From the IMG/VR virus record IMGVR_UViG_3300014204_000177, positions 5,761 through 69,760 of that record: a DNA stretch of 64,000 bases; one strand, written 5' to 3'. The position numbers and the translations under genes were made by a program. This DNA is from a virus (taxonomy: Duplodnaviria > Caudoviricetes). The notes beneath the pieces were generated by a model. The model was not told where the DNA came from. It worked only from the letters and a program-made list of their open reading frames with translations, and did not search any database. Positions 8,276 through 18,325 of this stretch are shown here, piece by piece (the first letter of the stretch is position 1; the number at the start of each line of letters is the position of its first letter).

Positions 8276-8620
8276 TTATTTCACCTCTATACAGGATTTG
8301 TCAGCCCAGTTAAAGATTGCCTGTTGCTGGTGGATTGAACCGAGATAAAGAGCATTGTCTTTTTCCGGTACATAAATTGAGATATCAATAAACCAATCAT
8401 TTCCATCATTCCATATACCGACATAATGAGGATGACCAGTTTCTTCAATCCAATCTTTGGCAATTTTAGCGGCTTTACCCAGTTCAATTTTGACATCTTC
8501 TTTGCTGACACGGTTATTAGTGATTCCAACCTGATATCCCTGTTTGAATGTTACCAGATTAAGGGAATGATCGAAAGTAGCTCCAGCCTTTAACTCTTCA
8601 ATACTCTTGTATGTTAGCAT
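8276..8620 (-). CDS. hypothetical protein
   Basis: 114-aa ORF with AGGAGG RBS. Confidence 0.6.
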   Translation of the reverse strand: MLTYKSIEELKAGATFDHSLNLVTFKQGYQVGITNNRVSKEDVKIELGKAAKIAKDWIEETGHPHYVGIWNDGNDWFIDISIYVPEKDNALYLGSIHQQQAIFNWADKSCIEVK

Positions 8621-8817
8621 GTTTTTTGTTCCTCCTTTAATTTTTGTTCTACAATCTTAATCCTGTTTTGTGTTTGTTTACAAAAATTGTCATAATATTC
8701 GAATTCTCTTGTACCTATTGCCGCTGAACGATGGCCTGTAAAATAAGTGTAAGATTCTTGCAGTTCTGCTAGTATATCGAGATATATTGCTCTATTTTGT
8801 CTTTTCATTTGTACCAC
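8614..8817 (-). CDS. hypothetical protein
   Basis: 67-aa ORF overlapping the next start. Confidence 0.5.
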   Translation of the reverse strand: MVQMKRQNRAIYLDILAELQESYTYFTGHRSAAIGTREFEYYDNFCKQTQNRIKIVEQKLKEEQKTC

Positions 8818-8882
8818 CTTCTTTTTGATTTTATTGTATCATGCTTCGGAATTGTTTGTCACTAGGACCACGGTCCTATCTT

Positions 8883-9254
8883 TTATACTTTGTCATATTC
8901 CCATTTTTTCCTAAATTGCATTGATTCATAATCTCCTAAATCTTTTTCATATTTTTGATGATATAACACTAGTTGATCTATGCAATAGGTATAGGCCGAT
9001 TTTAATTCTGTTTCATCATACTCAGTATAATCCTTATTGGCAATTCTCTTCCAGATATACAAGAATGTTACAGAATACATACGATATAGCAGATGGCTTG
9101 TTTCCAGTAAATTTCCTTCTTTCACAATCCTATCCATCTCTTCCACGCTTATGGTGGAATTGGCAATAGCTGGCGATACCATTTTAAGGGTTATGCTTCG
9201 GGCTTTGTCGCTTTTAATACCATTTCCCATTAATTTCCTCTCCTTCCTTTGCAT
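8883..9254 (-). CDS. hypothetical protein
   Basis: ORF in the early run; true start probably the ATG of MGNGIK. Confidence 0.5.
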   Translation of the reverse strand: MQRKERKLMGNGIKSDKARSITLKMVSPAIANSTISVEEMDRIVKEGNLLETSHLLYRMYSVTFLYIWKRIANKDYTEYDETELKSAYTYCIDQLVLYHQKYEKDLGDYESMQFRKKWEYDKV

Positions 9255-9435
9255 CCTGCGTCATACGCTCTAGTCTGTATATCCGGTCCCGCATTTCCCT
9301 AGCATTAACCCAGTTATTTTCTGGATAATCTGTGTTAAATTTGGGTAATTCTAGGTATCTTCTAAGACTTTGCAATTCATCCAGTATTTGGGTTAAGTTC
9401 TCTTTGTTCTGTGCTACCTGCTCATATAATCTCAT
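9214..9435 (-). CDS. hypothetical protein
   Basis: 73-aa ORF. Confidence 0.55.
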   Translation of the reverse strand: MRLYEQVAQNKENLTQILDELQSLRRYLELPKFNTDYPENNWVNAREMRDRIYRLERMTQDAKEGEEINGKWY

Positions 9436-9441
9436 TATGCT

Positions 9442-9666
9442 TCATCTCCAATTCTTTTCATTATTTACAATTTTTGACTCTAATTCATCTAGTAAATCAT
9501 GGTAAGATGTTTTGTCGAAGTCGCATATATATTCGCGGATTATTGGCCTTGCTTGTCTGATGGCCCGATCTGCTACAATGAATTTCCCTCTAATTGGAAA
9601 TAGGTTTGATTCATCTTCTTGTCTGTGAATGCGATTGACTTGTATTATATCCGATCTAGTAAGCAT
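9442..9666 (-). CDS. hypothetical protein
   Basis: 74-aa ORF with AGGAG RBS. Confidence 0.55.
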   Translation of the reverse strand: MLTRSDIIQVNRIHRQEDESNLFPIRGKFIVADRAIRQARPIIREYICDFDKTSYHDLLDELESKIVNNEKNWR

Positions 9667-9892
9667 TTATTACATCTCCTTTCAAATATGGGTAAGACTG
9701 GATATTATCAAGCCGTCCAGTCGCGGCATTCTATTAATGGACCAATTCACTATATAATTGTTGAACTTGTACAGGGTTATTCCAATCAATTTCAGCCCCG
9801 GATATGATATCTACTATATCGGCATTCGTGTAGAAGCTGTTACGCTTCAAAGCAATACAGAATTCTTTCATTGTCATTATTTTCCATCTCCT

Positions 9893-10333
9893 TTAATTGC
9901 TATAGTCTAGTACACAATATGACCCGTCAGCTTTGCGCCCGTAATTGAATATACAGGAATCATCAATCAATCGGAATATTCCAGCCGCTTTTAATTCATC
10001 TTCATATTTCGATTTGTCGCTATAGTCTATAACATTTGTCCAAGATTGATTGTCACCAAAACACGGTATAACCCTTTCTGCCAGTAGATATTTCCCTTCA
10101 TCGGATATACAGTAAGACGCTGAATATTTGTCACCAATACCTTCTGTGCATTTGTTCTGATATATTTCGAATTCTCTTTGGTTATAGTCGCAATAACAGT
10201 CATTCCGAGCGACTTTCAACACATGTTCTTTGTCAATAATATAGACATCTCGCGTACTACCATGACCGATTTGTTGAAGCAATCCCAGTTTATACTTGAT
10301 TACAGCACGTTTAAGAATTGTTTCTTTCTTCAT
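9893..10333 (-). CDS. minimal protein-kinase-like protein (paralog 4)
   Basis: IGHGSTRDVY, VLKV, REFEIY, LLAERV, DSCIFN, CVLDY; N-terminal helix shared with paralogs 1 and 2. Confidence 0.7.
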   Translation of the reverse strand: MKKETILKRAVIKYKLGLLQQIGHGSTRDVYIIDKEHVLKVARNDCYCDYNQREFEIYQNKCTEGIGDKYSASYCISDEGKYLLAERVIPCFGDNQSWTNVIDYSDKSKYEDELKAAGIFRLIDDSCIFNYGRKADGSYCVLDYSN

Positions 10334-10494
10334 GGCCTTTTACTCCTTTTTTTGTTTCGGGTCTTTCAACCTGTCTTTATTTTATCAAATTGGCCGGACA
10401 ATACATCAGACTTTAGTCCTATTTTTTGCCGCAAAATTATTTTATTGATCTTATTGTCAATACTACTATACCACCATAAGGAGGATAGAATAAC

Positions 10495-10914
10495 ATGTCT
10501 AGGAAACCTACGAAAAAACAAGTCGCTTTTGCTGAACAATACGCTATTACTGGCAATGGTAAGCAATCTGCTGAGATAGCAGGATATACTGGAAGCGATA
10601 ATGTATTAAGATCTATTGCTTCTGAGAACTTGACAAAACCTAGCGTCATCCATTTATTGGACGACAAAAAGACTGATCTGGTGGAATTATTCAGAGATAA
10701 TGCCCAGACATGCTTCCAAGTGCTCATGGATATAGTAAATAACGATAAAATGTCAGTATTCGCTCGTCTATCAGCCGCTAAAGACATACTGGACCGCGCA
10801 GGATACAAGCCGACTGACAAAACCGAGGTATCTGGCGAGGTTATGCTGTCTACCGAGCACACCAGAGCGATAGCGCAACGAGCTAGAATGCTAATTCAGA
10901 ATAAATCTGAATGA
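10495..10914 (+). CDS. terS: terminase small subunit
   Basis: KQVAFAEQY...GNGKQSAEIAGY...ASENLTKP...ARLSAAKDILDRAGYKPTDK; AGGAGG RBS. Confidence 0.85.
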   Translation: MSRKPTKKQVAFAEQYAITGNGKQSAEIAGYTGSDNVLRSIASENLTKPSVIHLLDDKKTDLVELFRDNAQTCFQVLMDIVNNDKMSVFARLSAAKDILDRAGYKPTDKTEVSGEVMLSTEHTRAIAQRARMLIQNKSE

Positions 10915-11256
10915 CGTGACGCATACGCGACACTAATAGCCAACAATAAGGATGACCAATAATATACAATATATGGTAATTATGTCAGTGATCTCCGAAG
11001 GGATAGGACCATTCAGTCAGCTCAGACGGGACAAGGCATACCGGGGCTTCGCAACCAGACTCTATGCGCGCAACGTATATATGTATAGGAAAAAGAGTGA
11101 ATATAACTCCCACCAAAAATTAACCACTTTTAAAATCCCAAAAAAATTTCCAAAATTTTAAGACCCTTTTAAACAACTGGTAAAAAATAACAATGGCGGT
11201 AAATCAACTTCAAATGAGGTTCGCCCATCACGCTATAAGAATGGAGATATCAAAAA

Positions 11257-11448
11257 ATGGACACTTCAAAAGACCAATTCACATTTAATTCCAGATTTTG
11301 TGAAGAACATGACACTGAATTCATTGAAATTGACATAACTGAAGTAGAATATCCGTTCCATTGCCCAAATTGTGGGGCAAAACTAGCCGATTCTATAGAA
11401 GAAGCTAGGCAAATGCCCAGACATGTCTGTGGTAGACCAATAAACTAA
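11257..11448 (+). CDS. Zn-ribbon protein
   Basis: CxxH...CPNCG; GGAG RBS. Confidence 0.55.
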   Translation: MDTSKDQFTFNSRFCEEHDTEFIEIDITEVEYPFHCPNCGAKLADSIEEARQMPRHVCGRPIN

Positions 11449-11472
11449 CGACCAAGAGGGGAGATTCCCAAA

Positions 11473-11643
11473 ATGACCTGTAATTTATGTAATAGTGACA
11501 ACCTTCAACTGTCTTTACAGGTATGTTTTCAAGAAAACGTATCGGATACTGAAGTGGTGGACCCAAGTCAGATCACTGAAACTTACTATCAGTGTTTGGA
11601 ATGCGGTCATGTCCAGCAAGTTTATAGATTATACAGAAAATAA
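11473..11643 (+). CDS. small Zn-ribbon protein (56 aa)
   Basis: Hand-translated MTCNLCNS...QCLECGH; GAGGGGAG RBS. Confidence 0.55.
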   Translation: MTCNLCNSDNLQLSLQVCFQENVSDTEVVDPSQITETYYQCLECGHVQQVYRLYRK

Positions 11644-11658
11644 TTCTTTGAAGGAGGG

Positions 11659-12183
11659 TTGGATATGAATTTAAGAACCCCACCGAATCCAATCTCTCGC
11701 GCATATTGGTGGGAAGCATACAATATCGTCAATCAACTGTGTACGCTGATTACAACTGGGACAACGGCTCCGGTAAGTTGGAATGATTTAACAGGAGTTC
11801 CTCTTACCTTCACCCCTACGCCTCATACCCACACCAGTTATGCTTCGTATACGCATTATCACAACAATTATGTAGCTGTTTCAGCTACTATTTCATGGAC
11901 TTCGGTAACTACCACCCCTACTACCTTATCCGGCTATGGCATTACCGATGCTTCGTCAGCCACCCACACCCATAGTGCTTATGAAACATTTTTGGGTGTA
12001 CCTGTTTCTGATGATATGGTTTTATCTTCTAAGGTGGATGGTACTAGAAGTTGGGTAGTACAAGCCAGCGGAGGTACATCCTGTTTTGAAACAGATATAA
12101 ATGGTGATTATATGCCAGCGACTACACCTATTGCAGATACTATATTTGAAGTAGACGGTTTTGGCGATATTGAACCAAAATAA
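11659..12183 (+). CDS. fibre-like virion protein
   Basis: Contains the PTTLSGYGITDA phage fibre repeat and HTH motifs; likely start ATG 11665. Confidence 0.6.
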   Translation: MDMNLRTPPNPISRAYWWEAYNIVNQLCTLITTGTTAPVSWNDLTGVPLTFTPTPHTHTSYASYTHYHNNYVAVSATISWTSVTTTPTTLSGYGITDASSATHTHSAYETFLGVPVSDDMVLSSKVDGTRSWVVQASGGTSCFETDINGDYMPATTPIADTIFEVDGFGDIEPK

Positions 12184-12242
12184 ATTACGCTATAAGCGTA
12201 ATGACATAATTTTACAAATTATTAAATTACGGAGGTGAGTAA

Positions 12243-13271
12243 ATGGCAACAAAGAATATCGTACCGAGAGATACTGGCGAAGGTGGACTGGGTACTTCTG
12301 CCAAACATTGGTTAAATGCCTATGTTGATAATATTGTGTCAACTTCGGTTGCAAGTTTTACCCACACTCATACCGCATATCTAACTGACAATACTGCCCT
12401 AGCAACGAACAGTGTACAATCAAGCGCCTTTTCAACTTACGACCATTCACATTCGGCGTATCTAACATCGAATACGGCGCTGGCTACTAATAGTGTCCAG
12501 TCCAGTTCGTTCGCTACATACAACCACACCCACAGTGCCTACCTAACGGCAGTAGCAACTACTTACGCAACATGGGGAGTAGATACGGCATATGCCAGTT
12601 ATACCCATTCACATACTGCATATTTAACTGTAAATACTGCCCTAGCCACCAACTCGGTTCAGGAGAGTGCGTTTTCCAGCTATAATCATACTCATAGCGC
12701 CTACCTCACCACCAACACCGCCTTGGCTAGCAATAGCGTCCAGAGTAGTTCTTTTGCCACTTATAACCACTCCCACTCTGATGTAACGTCATCGGCACAT
12801 GGGTTTATGACAGATACCCAGTACGACAAACTTCAGAGTGCTATTACTTCCGCTGGTACATCTAGTATAGGTTTTACTTTACAGGTTATGACCCTGATGG
12901 TATCGACACCAACAGACGGAGCGATCAATTATTTCGGTAATGCCCCGGTAGCCCCCACCACTGCAGCAGATATTAACCGTATATATGTTCCATTCGATTG
13001 TACTGCCAAAATAGCAAAAGTAGTATATAGAGCATTAAATGTAGGAGATACGGCGGCATTTAGTATTTACTTTAGAAAAAATAATTCAACTGCGGCAGAA
13101 ACTTTAATTGATACTAAAACAGCTACAGCGATTAATACCCTGTTTAGTAATGACAACTTAAACATTACCATGTCTGCTGGTTCATACTTTGAAATTAGAT
13201 CAGTATATCCTACATGGGCTACAACCAACCCCCAAAATGTTCAATGGGGAGGATACATTTATTTTGAATAA
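12243..13271 (+). CDS. fibre protein with tandem 27-aa HxH repeats
   Basis: Five copies of H(T/S)H(S/T)AYLT-x-NTALATNSVQSS-x-F-xx-Y (third copy divergent) plus a sixth HxH; Ser/Thr rich. Confidence 0.65.
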   Translation: MATKNIVPRDTGEGGLGTSAKHWLNAYVDNIVSTSVASFTHTHTAYLTDNTALATNSVQSSAFSTYDHSHSAYLTSNTALATNSVQSSSFATYNHTHSAYLTAVATTYATWGVDTAYASYTHSHTAYLTVNTALATNSVQESAFSSYNHTHSAYLTTNTALASNSVQSSSFATYNHSHSDVTSSAHGFMTDTQYDKLQSAITSAGTSSIGFTLQVMTLMVSTPTDGAINYFGNAPVAPTTAADINRIYVPFDCTAKIAKVVYRALNVGDTAAFSIYFRKNNSTAAETLIDTKTATAINTLFSNDNLNITMSAGSYFEIRSVYPTWATTNPQNVQWGGYIYFE

Positions 13272-13286
13272 CGGAGGTCGGATAAT

Positions 13287-14108
13287 ATGCCTAATTTTAA
13301 TCAATTTAACCCCTATCAACGCCAAATGCAACGTGGTTTAATGCCACAACAGCAGGAACAGGACCCTTGGCAATCTATTGCTAATATAGTAAATGCTTTC
13401 CAAATGTCAACGCCAAACTCACAGGAAAGACAAGGGACAACTAATGCTGATACTTCAGCTTTCCCCGCACAATCTCCGCAAAATCCACAAATAAATTCCG
13501 CACAACCTGCGTCAAATGCTGGTAGTTATGACGATTATATGGGACGTATCATGCAACGCATGGGCGCTACTGGAAACCCTGATCAACAGTTATCCGGTAC
13601 TCGTCCTATCGCTGATCGTATCGCTACCATTATGTCTGAGAATAACCCCTTGCCACAGGACAAATTTGACCCGAATCGCAAGATGTATTCCGATCAGGAA
13701 CAGATGGATTGGCAAGCACAGCAGGACCAACCTGCACAGCGGATTGCTTCCGCAGTTCTGGAAGACACTCCAATGGCACCTCCGCAAATTGAGGCACCTA
13801 TCCAGCAGACCCCAGAGCAAGCCACGTTTCCTACAGCTAACCCGATTAATAGTGGGAATAGTGGTATGGACCCGGAAGCTATGTCTCAGGGTATGGGAGT
13901 CAGTCAAAGAACTCCCGGTGGAGTACAACATGAAGATGTAATCAACAATATGCCTGATCAAGTTCGTCAACTCTGGGAAGCGGCCCAACAGCCGAATGCT
14001 AGCTATACGCTGAAACAAAAAGCCCAGAACGACTATAACAATCTACTGAGACAGTTGCAAGGTAGACAAAAACAGGGACTTAGTTTCGGGTACGGTAGCG
14101 GGAGGTAA
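13287..14108 (+). CDS. Gln/Pro-rich hypothetical protein
   Basis: 273-aa ORF, GGAGG RBS. Confidence 0.6.
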   Translation: MPNFNQFNPYQRQMQRGLMPQQQEQDPWQSIANIVNAFQMSTPNSQERQGTTNADTSAFPAQSPQNPQINSAQPASNAGSYDDYMGRIMQRMGATGNPDQQLSGTRPIADRIATIMSENNPLPQDKFDPNRKMYSDQEQMDWQAQQDQPAQRIASAVLEDTPMAPPQIEAPIQQTPEQATFPTANPINSGNSGMDPEAMSQGMGVSQRTPGGVQHEDVINNMPDQVRQLWEAAQQPNASYTLKQKAQNDYNNLLRQLQGRQKQGLSFGYGSGR

Positions 14109-14113
14109 TCCTT

Positions 14114-14608
14114 ATGGACTACATCAGCAACCCCGGAGGTTACGAACAAGACTATGTACCACCGCGCCCGGACCCTCGATCAGTATTGATTGATACGATC
14201 ATCAATGGTAAAAATACCATCCGTCAACGACTGGGAGAAGTTGAGGGTGCCGATAAGGTAATGAGAAACTATTCCCTGTTGAATGACGAGAATGGATTTA
14301 TGGCTTTTATTCGTGATGCCGCTATGAAACAAAAAGTAGCATTGGACAGTCAAAACGGTGGACAATGGCATTCACTGGCACAGATAGGCCACAAACTAAT
14401 GGGGCCAACCAACGCCGAACAGATCATCCGGGCGGCAACCGGAATATCATCCACCCTACTACCGGATTCACTCCTAAAGTATGGCGCTGATGCTATCCAA
14501 TATGGGTCTATCCCAAATGTCCAGTCAGTTACCCCGATGATGGCTACGCCACAGTTAATAAAAGATATTATGGAGCAGATGACTGCCGCCAAACAGAATG
14601 AGGGTTAA
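14114..14608 (+). CDS. hypothetical protein
   Basis: 164 aa, GGAGG RBS, directly upstream of terL. Confidence 0.6.
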   Translation: MDYISNPGGYEQDYVPPRPDPRSVLIDTIINGKNTIRQRLGEVEGADKVMRNYSLLNDENGFMAFIRDAAMKQKVALDSQNGGQWHSLAQIGHKLMGPTNAEQIIRAATGISSTLLPDSLLKYGADAIQYGSIPNVQSVTPMMATPQLIKDIMEQMTAAKQNEG

Positions 14609-14611
14609 TTA

Positions 14612-16054
14612 ATGGATAATGAACTGATAGAAGCATTCGAGATAGCAGAACGATCTATAGTAGATTTTCGTGCCATATTCTTCCCCAGTGAACCAGAAAA
14701 ACTTCCACCCGATTTCCATTACGAATGGAGCGACATAATTCTCAATGGGAAGCAACACTATGTAGTTGAAGCTTTCCGTGAGTCTGGGAAGTCCCAGATT
14801 GTTATTCGCGCCCATTTAATCTATCGTTTAGTATACCCTTCCAAAGAATGTAACTACATAATCCTGATATTGGCTAACCAAAAATTGGCATCCAAGAGAC
14901 TGAAAGAGACAGCTACTATGTATTTGTCGGACCCAGTGCTTAGTGCCAATATGGTTAAAGTCAATGAGCAGAGTGAAAAAGCCTTTGAGGTTGTTGTCAA
15001 AAACAAAGCCGGAGAACTTGTGACCATGCGCTATGAAGCATACGGTAAAGGTTCCTCTATTCGTGGACAATATTTTGGTTCTGATAGACCGAAACTTATT
15101 GTCATAGATGACCCGCAGGACTTGGAAGATTCTCTCAGTGACATAACCCAGATCAATGACTTCGACTGGTTCCTTTCGGACGTCTATTTCCTAGGTCAAG
15201 ATGCCCGTATATTTATGATCGGCAATAACCTTGGTTCCAAATGTCTGGTAGAACGAGTAATAGAGGGAGCCAAAGAACTAAAGTTCACCGTAAAACGAAT
15301 ACCAATTATGGACGAGAACGGACATTCGGCATGGCCCGATAAATGGCCTATCTCCGAAATTATGGATGAAAAAGAACGGTGGACCACTCTGGGTAAACTG
15401 GATGTGTGGTTCCGTGAAAAAATGTGTATCGCCACATCACCGGAAGAACAGATTTTCAAACAAGAATACTTTATGTACTATGAGAATGAGAAGGAAATTC
15501 CTCTCGATCTTTCAGTATACACAACTGTTGACCTTGCTATTTCCGAAAAAGCGGAAGCCGACTATAGCGTAATTATGACCGTAGGGGTCAGTAGGGACAA
15601 TCACTGGTTCATTCTGGACTGTATTTATAAAAGATGTGACCCCTCTACCCTGATGGATGATTTATTTATGGTCGTGGCAACTCGACGGCCTTTAATCGTG
15701 GGAATAGAACAAGTGGCATATCAGAAAGCTTTATCTCATTTTATTATGAAAGAGATGCCAAAACGAAATATATTCTTCACAATTAAGGGGCTTATGGCAG
15801 AACGGAAAAAGAACCTCCGTATTCAAACGATGCAACCGAGGTTTGCAACCAGAACCGTATGGTTCCCAAAAAATGCTCCGTTCCTGACGGAACTGGAAGC
15901 AGAACTCGTATCGTTCACCGTTGCGCGGGGATGCCGTTCAATGCACGACGATTTAATAGACGCACTAGCTTATATGGAACAAATCGCCCTAGCCCCGGCT
16001 GGTGGCTATGGTGATACCCAAGATGACGATATTCCTATTGCTGGTAGCATGTAA
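14612..16054 (+). CDS. terL: terminase large subunit
   Basis: Walker A AFRESGKS, Walker B LIVIDDPQ, nuclease TVDLA...DYSV, IEQVAYQ, HDDLIDA. Confidence 0.93.
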   Translation: MDNELIEAFEIAERSIVDFRAIFFPSEPEKLPPDFHYEWSDIILNGKQHYVVEAFRESGKSQIVIRAHLIYRLVYPSKECNYIILILANQKLASKRLKETATMYLSDPVLSANMVKVNEQSEKAFEVVVKNKAGELVTMRYEAYGKGSSIRGQYFGSDRPKLIVIDDPQDLEDSLSDITQINDFDWFLSDVYFLGQDARIFMIGNNLGSKCLVERVIEGAKELKFTVKRIPIMDENGHSAWPDKWPISEIMDEKERWTTLGKLDVWFREKMCIATSPEEQIFKQEYFMYYENEKEIPLDLSVYTTVDLAISEKAEADYSVIMTVGVSRDNHWFILDCIYKRCDPSTLMDDLFMVVATRRPLIVGIEQVAYQKALSHFIMKEMPKRNIFFTIKGLMAERKKNLRIQTMQPRFATRTVWFPKNAPFLTELEAELVSFTVARGCRSMHDDLIDALAYMEQIALAPAGGYGDTQDDDIPIAGSM

Positions 16055-16071
16055 GAAAGGTTGGTGAGGAT

Positions 16072-18177
16072 TTGGTAAATAATGACTTATTGCGTGGTAT
16101 AATGGCAAAGGTCCGTGATGAACTGGACCATGCCGATAGTTATTACGACTCAGTAGTTTCAGTGGACTGGGTGCGTCGATACGAAGAATATTATGCCACG
16201 GAAGAATACTACAAAAAGAAATTTGATCGCCTTTCCACCAAATCAAATCTGGTATCAACCGATGTTGCCGATACTATCGAATGGGCGTTACCGTCATTAA
16301 TGAAGCTATTCTTTGGTTCGGAAAAGGTAGTCTCCATCGTCGGAGTCGGCGGTGAAGACGAAGAACGGGCCAAGATCATGGAAGAATTGGTATCCTATAT
16401 TATCAACCGGAAGAACGATTCTTTCAATATTTTCTATGACTGGTTTAAAGATGCCCTTATCACTGGTATGGGTGTCATTAAGGTTTATTGGGAACGTGAG
16501 GAAAAGCAAGTACCGCAGGAACAGATTATGTCGTTCGAAGCGGCGCAGGTATTTGCCCAAGACCCCAATATCCAGATACTTGAAGAACCAACGGTTGTCA
16601 ATAAACTTGGAGACGTAAAGATCAAATACATGACCACGGTAGTTGTGGTAAACCAACCCAAGATAGAAAACATTGTTATGAGTGAACTTCGGTTCTCTCC
16701 CAATGCCAAGAAACTTGCAGATTGTCCTTTTATTGCTCATAAGAAACGAGTGACTATTGACCACCTCCGCAAGAAAGAACTCTCTGGGGTATATACCAAT
16801 ATCAAAGCTATAGCGTCAACTGGTAATGGTTTTATTACCGATCAGGTTGAAGAACTATTCAAGGACGATATGAGTCTCTGGCAATCTTCGGAAATAGCCA
16901 AACAGGAAGTTGACATATACGAATGTTATATGGATATCGACCTAAACAATGATGGACTGTTGGAAAAAGCTATCGTCACGACCTGTAATGATCAGGTTAT
17001 TCGGCTGGAAGAAAATACAATGGGACGGCATCCGTTCTTTGATTTAATTCCTATGAGTGACCCCCACCGTATTTGGCCCAAACGTAGTATGGCAGATTTG
17101 ATTGCTCAACTGCAAGATTTGAAGACCGCCCTACAGCGCCAGATTATGGTAAGTGTCAGTCTGTCGAATGACCCGAAAGTTGTGGTTGCTGAAGATGCAA
17201 TCAACCTACAGGACTTCATTCAAGGGCGTAACTATATCCGTAAGAAACCCGGCGTATTAATGTCGGAAGCTTTCTCTGCTATTCCTCCGTATCCTCTGCA
17301 TGAGTGGACATTCCAGTATCTAGAGTATATCGAAGGACAGAAAGAGAACCGAACCGGGATAACACGCTACAATCAAGGCTTAGACGCGAGATCACTAAAC
17401 AAAACTGCAACCGGGATATCAGCAATTATGGGAGCCAGCAATCAGCGTTTGGAATTAATTGCCAGACGATTTGCTGAGACTGGCGTAAAGGACGCTATCC
17501 GGTTTATTATCTCTCTGGTCCAACGGTTTATGGATACCAACACGGTTATCCGTATCGCCAACAAACCAGTTGAAATAACACCTGACGATCTCGAAGGTAA
17601 CTTCGATTTGATTATCAATGCTGGTGTAGGTATTACGACCAAAGAAGCAACCATGATGAACATTCAAACTTTGTTGACGGCTATGCAACAGGTAGCGGGT
17701 ATGGGGATACCGATTATCACCCCAGATAATGTCTACAATCTGATGAAACGCTGGATACAAGAAATGGGATTCAAAAATGCTGACGACTTTGTTACCGACC
17801 CTAATGTGATCAAACAACAGATGATGCAACAGGCATTAATGCAACTACCTCCCGAACTGCAACAAGCCGCCATGATGAATGGTGGAATAATTCCGTTTGA
17901 GATTTTGATGCAGATGCCGCCTGAGATCGCCATGAGTATCCCAGATATCCTATTACCCCCACAAGCCATACAGATGAAACAACAGGTTATGGCACAACGG
18001 CAAGGAGGACAGAATGGACCTAACGGACAAGCAAATGCGCCAGTCCCTAATCAGGGAAATAGAAATGGGGGAGCAAGCCAAGGTAGCACTGGTGGAACTG
18101 AAGGAATGGTTGGCAACCTACCAAGGACTGACAATCGATTTACTCAGATCAGCCAAAGGCCCAGAGGAACTCCTTAG
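16072..18177 (+). CDS. portal protein (podovirus type)
   Basis: 701 aa after terL; VSTDVADTIEW-LPSLMK-F, DALITGMG, RTGITRYNQG, TATGIS motifs; Gln-rich tail. Confidence 0.88.
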   Translation: MVNNDLLRGIMAKVRDELDHADSYYDSVVSVDWVRRYEEYYATEEYYKKKFDRLSTKSNLVSTDVADTIEWALPSLMKLFFGSEKVVSIVGVGGEDEERAKIMEELVSYIINRKNDSFNIFYDWFKDALITGMGVIKVYWEREEKQVPQEQIMSFEAAQVFAQDPNIQILEEPTVVNKLGDVKIKYMTTVVVVNQPKIENIVMSELRFSPNAKKLADCPFIAHKKRVTIDHLRKKELSGVYTNIKAIASTGNGFITDQVEELFKDDMSLWQSSEIAKQEVDIYECYMDIDLNNDGLLEKAIVTTCNDQVIRLEENTMGRHPFFDLIPMSDPHRIWPKRSMADLIAQLQDLKTALQRQIMVSVSLSNDPKVVVAEDAINLQDFIQGRNYIRKKPGVLMSEAFSAIPPYPLHEWTFQYLEYIEGQKENRTGITRYNQGLDARSLNKTATGISAIMGASNQRLELIARRFAETGVKDAIRFIISLVQRFMDTNTVIRIANKPVEITPDDLEGNFDLIINAGVGITTKEATMMNIQTLLTAMQQVAGMGIPIITPDNVYNLMKRWIQEMGFKNADDFVTDPNVIKQQMMQQALMQLPPELQQAAMMNGGIIPFEILMQMPPEIAMSIPDILLPPQAIQMKQQVMAQRQGGQNGPNGQANAPVPNQGNRNGGASQGSTGGTEGMVGNLPRTDNRFTQISQRPRGTP

Positions 18178-18295
18178 TGTGCAAGCACGACTTTTCGCTG
18201 TAGAAACCCTGTACGCCCATCTTTACGCTAAACTTAACAATGAAGATGTGGCAAAAAACGAACTCGAAATATTAGACTCAGAACAATCCAGTTAA
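18014..18295 (+). CDS. small protein overlapping the portal C-terminus
   Basis: AGGAGG RBS 5 nt before the ATG; 164-nt overlap in a different frame. Confidence 0.6.
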   Translation: MDLTDKQMRQSLIREIEMGEQAKVALVELKEWLATYQGLTIDLLRSAKGPEELLSVQARLFAVETLYAHLYAKLNNEDVAKNELEILDSEQSS

Positions 18296-18325
18296 TGGAA
18301 TTCTGATAATTAAAGGAGATTTATA

